Part shown: piece by piece, positions 14,073 through 15,541 of the stretch
How the letters are laid out: every line of letters begins with the position of its first letter
Numbering within the stretch: position 1 is the first letter of the stretch
NCBI GenBank assembly: GCA_041288045.1
Contig: JBGGMM010000094.1
Coordinates: forward strand, 1 to 15,541
Reading direction: 5' to 3'
DNA length: 15,541 nucleotides
Source: Pseudobdellovibrionaceae bacterium
GTDB lineage: Bacteria > Bdellovibrionota > Bdellovibrionia > Bdellovibrionales > Bdellovibrionaceae
Position numbers and translations under genes: made by a program
Notes under the pieces: generated by a model
Database searches by the model: none
Told to the model about the DNA's origin: nothing
The model's input: the letters and a program-made list of their open reading frames with translations, nothing else

Positions 14073-15541
14073 ATGAAAAAAGTGTTCATGCGACCATGGA
14101 TTCTTGGAGCTTTGCTATTTGGCTTTTCTTCTGCAAGTTACGGCCAAATGTACGGCACCGGAATGATGGGTGGAATGATGGGTTGCCCCTACCAACAGCA
14201 AGTGGGCGACGATGCTGAAAACATCCAAGACGACATCAATGAACGACGAGAAGCCCTCCGGGATGTCGAAGCTGACATTCGCGAGGCAAAGTCCAAAGAG
14301 CGAGAATTGCAAAGAAAAATGGATCGAGCTCGCGGCGACTTAGAGCGCCGAGGATTTGCAAGTGAGTATCTGGAGAAGATCATCGACCATATCACTGAAG
14401 GTCGAAAGTGTTCGGAGTATGTTGGAGGCGTTTCATCGCCTGTGACGCCGGCTCCTGAAACTCGAAGACCACAGTCCGAAGAAGAAGCTCCAGCGCTGGC
14501 TTCTGTTCAGGGCGGAAAGCCCAATGAGACGACCCCCTTCACGGCTTCTGACTGGTTCAAACTTTGTGATCAAACAAAAAAAGGCAGAGTCCTTTCTGGC
14601 GCCTGCAAAATCGAAAGTGCGCAAGTTCCTAAGCCTGGATTCAACCTGTCTTCTTGTACGACAAACATTCAGACTTACCAAGATTCTAAAGAAAAATTGG
14701 ATCAGGCCAAAGCTAAATTGGAAGCTCTCAATGCGCGCAAAGATGCTCTGAAAGCTGAAATCGCAGCTCTTCGCGGCGATTACAAACAAGCTGTTCGTGA
14801 TCATCAAAAAGAACTTCGCGAGCAGGCCACTGAGGGTGGTTGTATCGACTGTATGATTCAAGGATCTGGTTATTATTCTCAAAAGCCAAAAACAGACTGG
14901 GGCGGAGTTGTCACCAATCTGGGTCTTGGAATTGCCTCCATGTACCTCGGTAACAATATGCAAGAGCATGTAGCCTCTCAGAACGCTCGCTTAGGTGTTC
15001 CAACCCAAGTTTATCCAAGCTTCGGTTACGGCTATCCATTTATTATGGGAGCAGTGGGTGCAGCTCTTGGCGGTGGTGCTGGTGGTGGATTTTACGGATC
15101 CATCGGTGGCGGCATGGGAGCGGGCGGTTTTGGCTGCGCAAATGGAATGGGTGGCAATGGCTATGGCGGCATGGTGGGCGGTCCGTTCGGATATCCTCCT
15201 GGGTTTTTTCAAACTCCTTATGGTGGCGGAATGTACACCGGTTACCCAATGGGCATGGTCGCCGGCGGCGGTTTCGGATTCATGATGGGCGGAATGGGAG
15301 CCATGGGCGGAATGATGCCAATGATGGGTGGAATGGGAGCTATGGGCGGAATGATGCCAATGATGGGTGGCATGGGAGCCATGGGTGGAATGATGCCAAT
15401 GATGGGTGGCATGGGAGCCATGGGCGGAATGATGCCAATGATGGGCGGAATGGGAGCCATGGGTGGAATGATGCCAATGATGGGTGGCATGGGAGCCATG
15501 GGTGGAATGATGCCAATGATGGGTGGCATGGGAGCTATGGG
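14073..15541 (+). CDS. Secreted coiled-coil / Cys-containing / Gly-Met-rich repeat protein (runs off the right edge)
   Basis: Not in the ORF track because there is no stop in the window. ATG 14073 follows SD GAGGAG, and the frame is open for 489 codons to the edge: MKKVFMRPWILGALLFGFSSASYG|QMYGTGMMGGMMGCPY...coiled coil...GGCIDCMIQG...GAVGAALGGGAGGG...(MMGGMGAMGGMMP)n. Confidence 0.9.
   Translation, partial: MKKVFMRPWILGALLFGFSSASYGQMYGTGMMGGMMGCPYQQQVGDDAENIQDDINERREALRDVEADIREAKSKERELQRKMDRARGDLERRGFASEYLEKIIDHITEGRKCSEYVGGVSSPVTPAPETRRPQSEEEAPALASVQGGKPNETTPFTASDWFKLCDQTKKGRVLSGACKIESAQVPKPGFNLSSCTTNIQTYQDSKEKLDQAKAKLEALNARKDALKAEIAALRGDYKQAVRDHQKELREQATEGGCIDCMIQGSGYYSQKPKTDWGGVVTNLGLGIASMYLGNNMQEHVASQNARLGVPTQVYPSFGYGYPFIMGAVGAALGGGAGGGFYGSIGGGMGAGGFGCANGMGGNGYGGMVGGPFGYPPGFFQTPYGGGMYTGYPMGMVAGGGFGFMMGGMGAMGGMMPMMGGMGAMGGMMPMMGGMGAMGGMMPMMGGMGAMGGMMPMMGGMGAMGGMMPMMGGMGAMGGMMPMMGGMGAM
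15282..15541 (+). repeat. 39-bp coding tandem repeat, 6 full units plus a partial one, encoding MMGGMGAMGGMMP
   Basis: Units start at 15282, 15321, 15360, 15399, 15438, 15477 and 15516 (partial). Consensus ATGATGGGYGGMATGGGAGCYATGGGYGGAATGATGCCA. Units differ only at synonymous third positions. Confidence 0.97.

Noticed and set aside
14115..15529. ORF-track ORFs over the right end, including 15242-15529 (-) MPPIIGIIPPMAP repeats
   Set aside because: Shadows of the long plus-strand ORF from 14073. Repeat variation is synonymous only in the plus-strand Met/Gly frame (the minus frame alternates M and I).
15282..15541. 39-bp repeats as a possible CRISPR array
   Set aside because: The units are contiguous with no unique spacers, are in frame and codon-degenerate, and no cas genes are present.

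Overview
A mostly chromosomal window, probably from a Bdellovibrionota (Bdellovibrio-like) bacterium. That assignment is an inference from gene content and protein style, not a database result. Left to right: (-) alaS, cut by the left edge and absent from the ORF track, preceded by recX; (+) DUF3015, DUF4105/Lnb_N, a GNAT, an FAD-dependent oxidoreductase, pgpA, cinA/pncC and recA with a clear intrinsic terminator; a ~300 bp non-coding stretch packed with hairpins and palindromes; (+) a 135-aa FlgM-like protein behind a sigma28-type promoter and CsrA-type GGA hairpins; (-) a REC-HisKA-HATPase kinase, a CpaC/RcpA secretin and a CpaF/TadA ATPase; and (+) a long secreted coiled-coil, Gly/Met-rich protein, also absent from the ORF track and cut by the right edge, ending in a 39-bp (MMGGMGAMGGMMP)n tandem repeat. 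The most notable signals are the structured region after recA, two genes sharing a sigma28 + GGA-loop leader design, the Met/Gly repeat protein, the DUF3015/DUF4105 pair with a hairpin over the second start, and an apparent ~6.5 kb inversion separating recA from recX-alaS.
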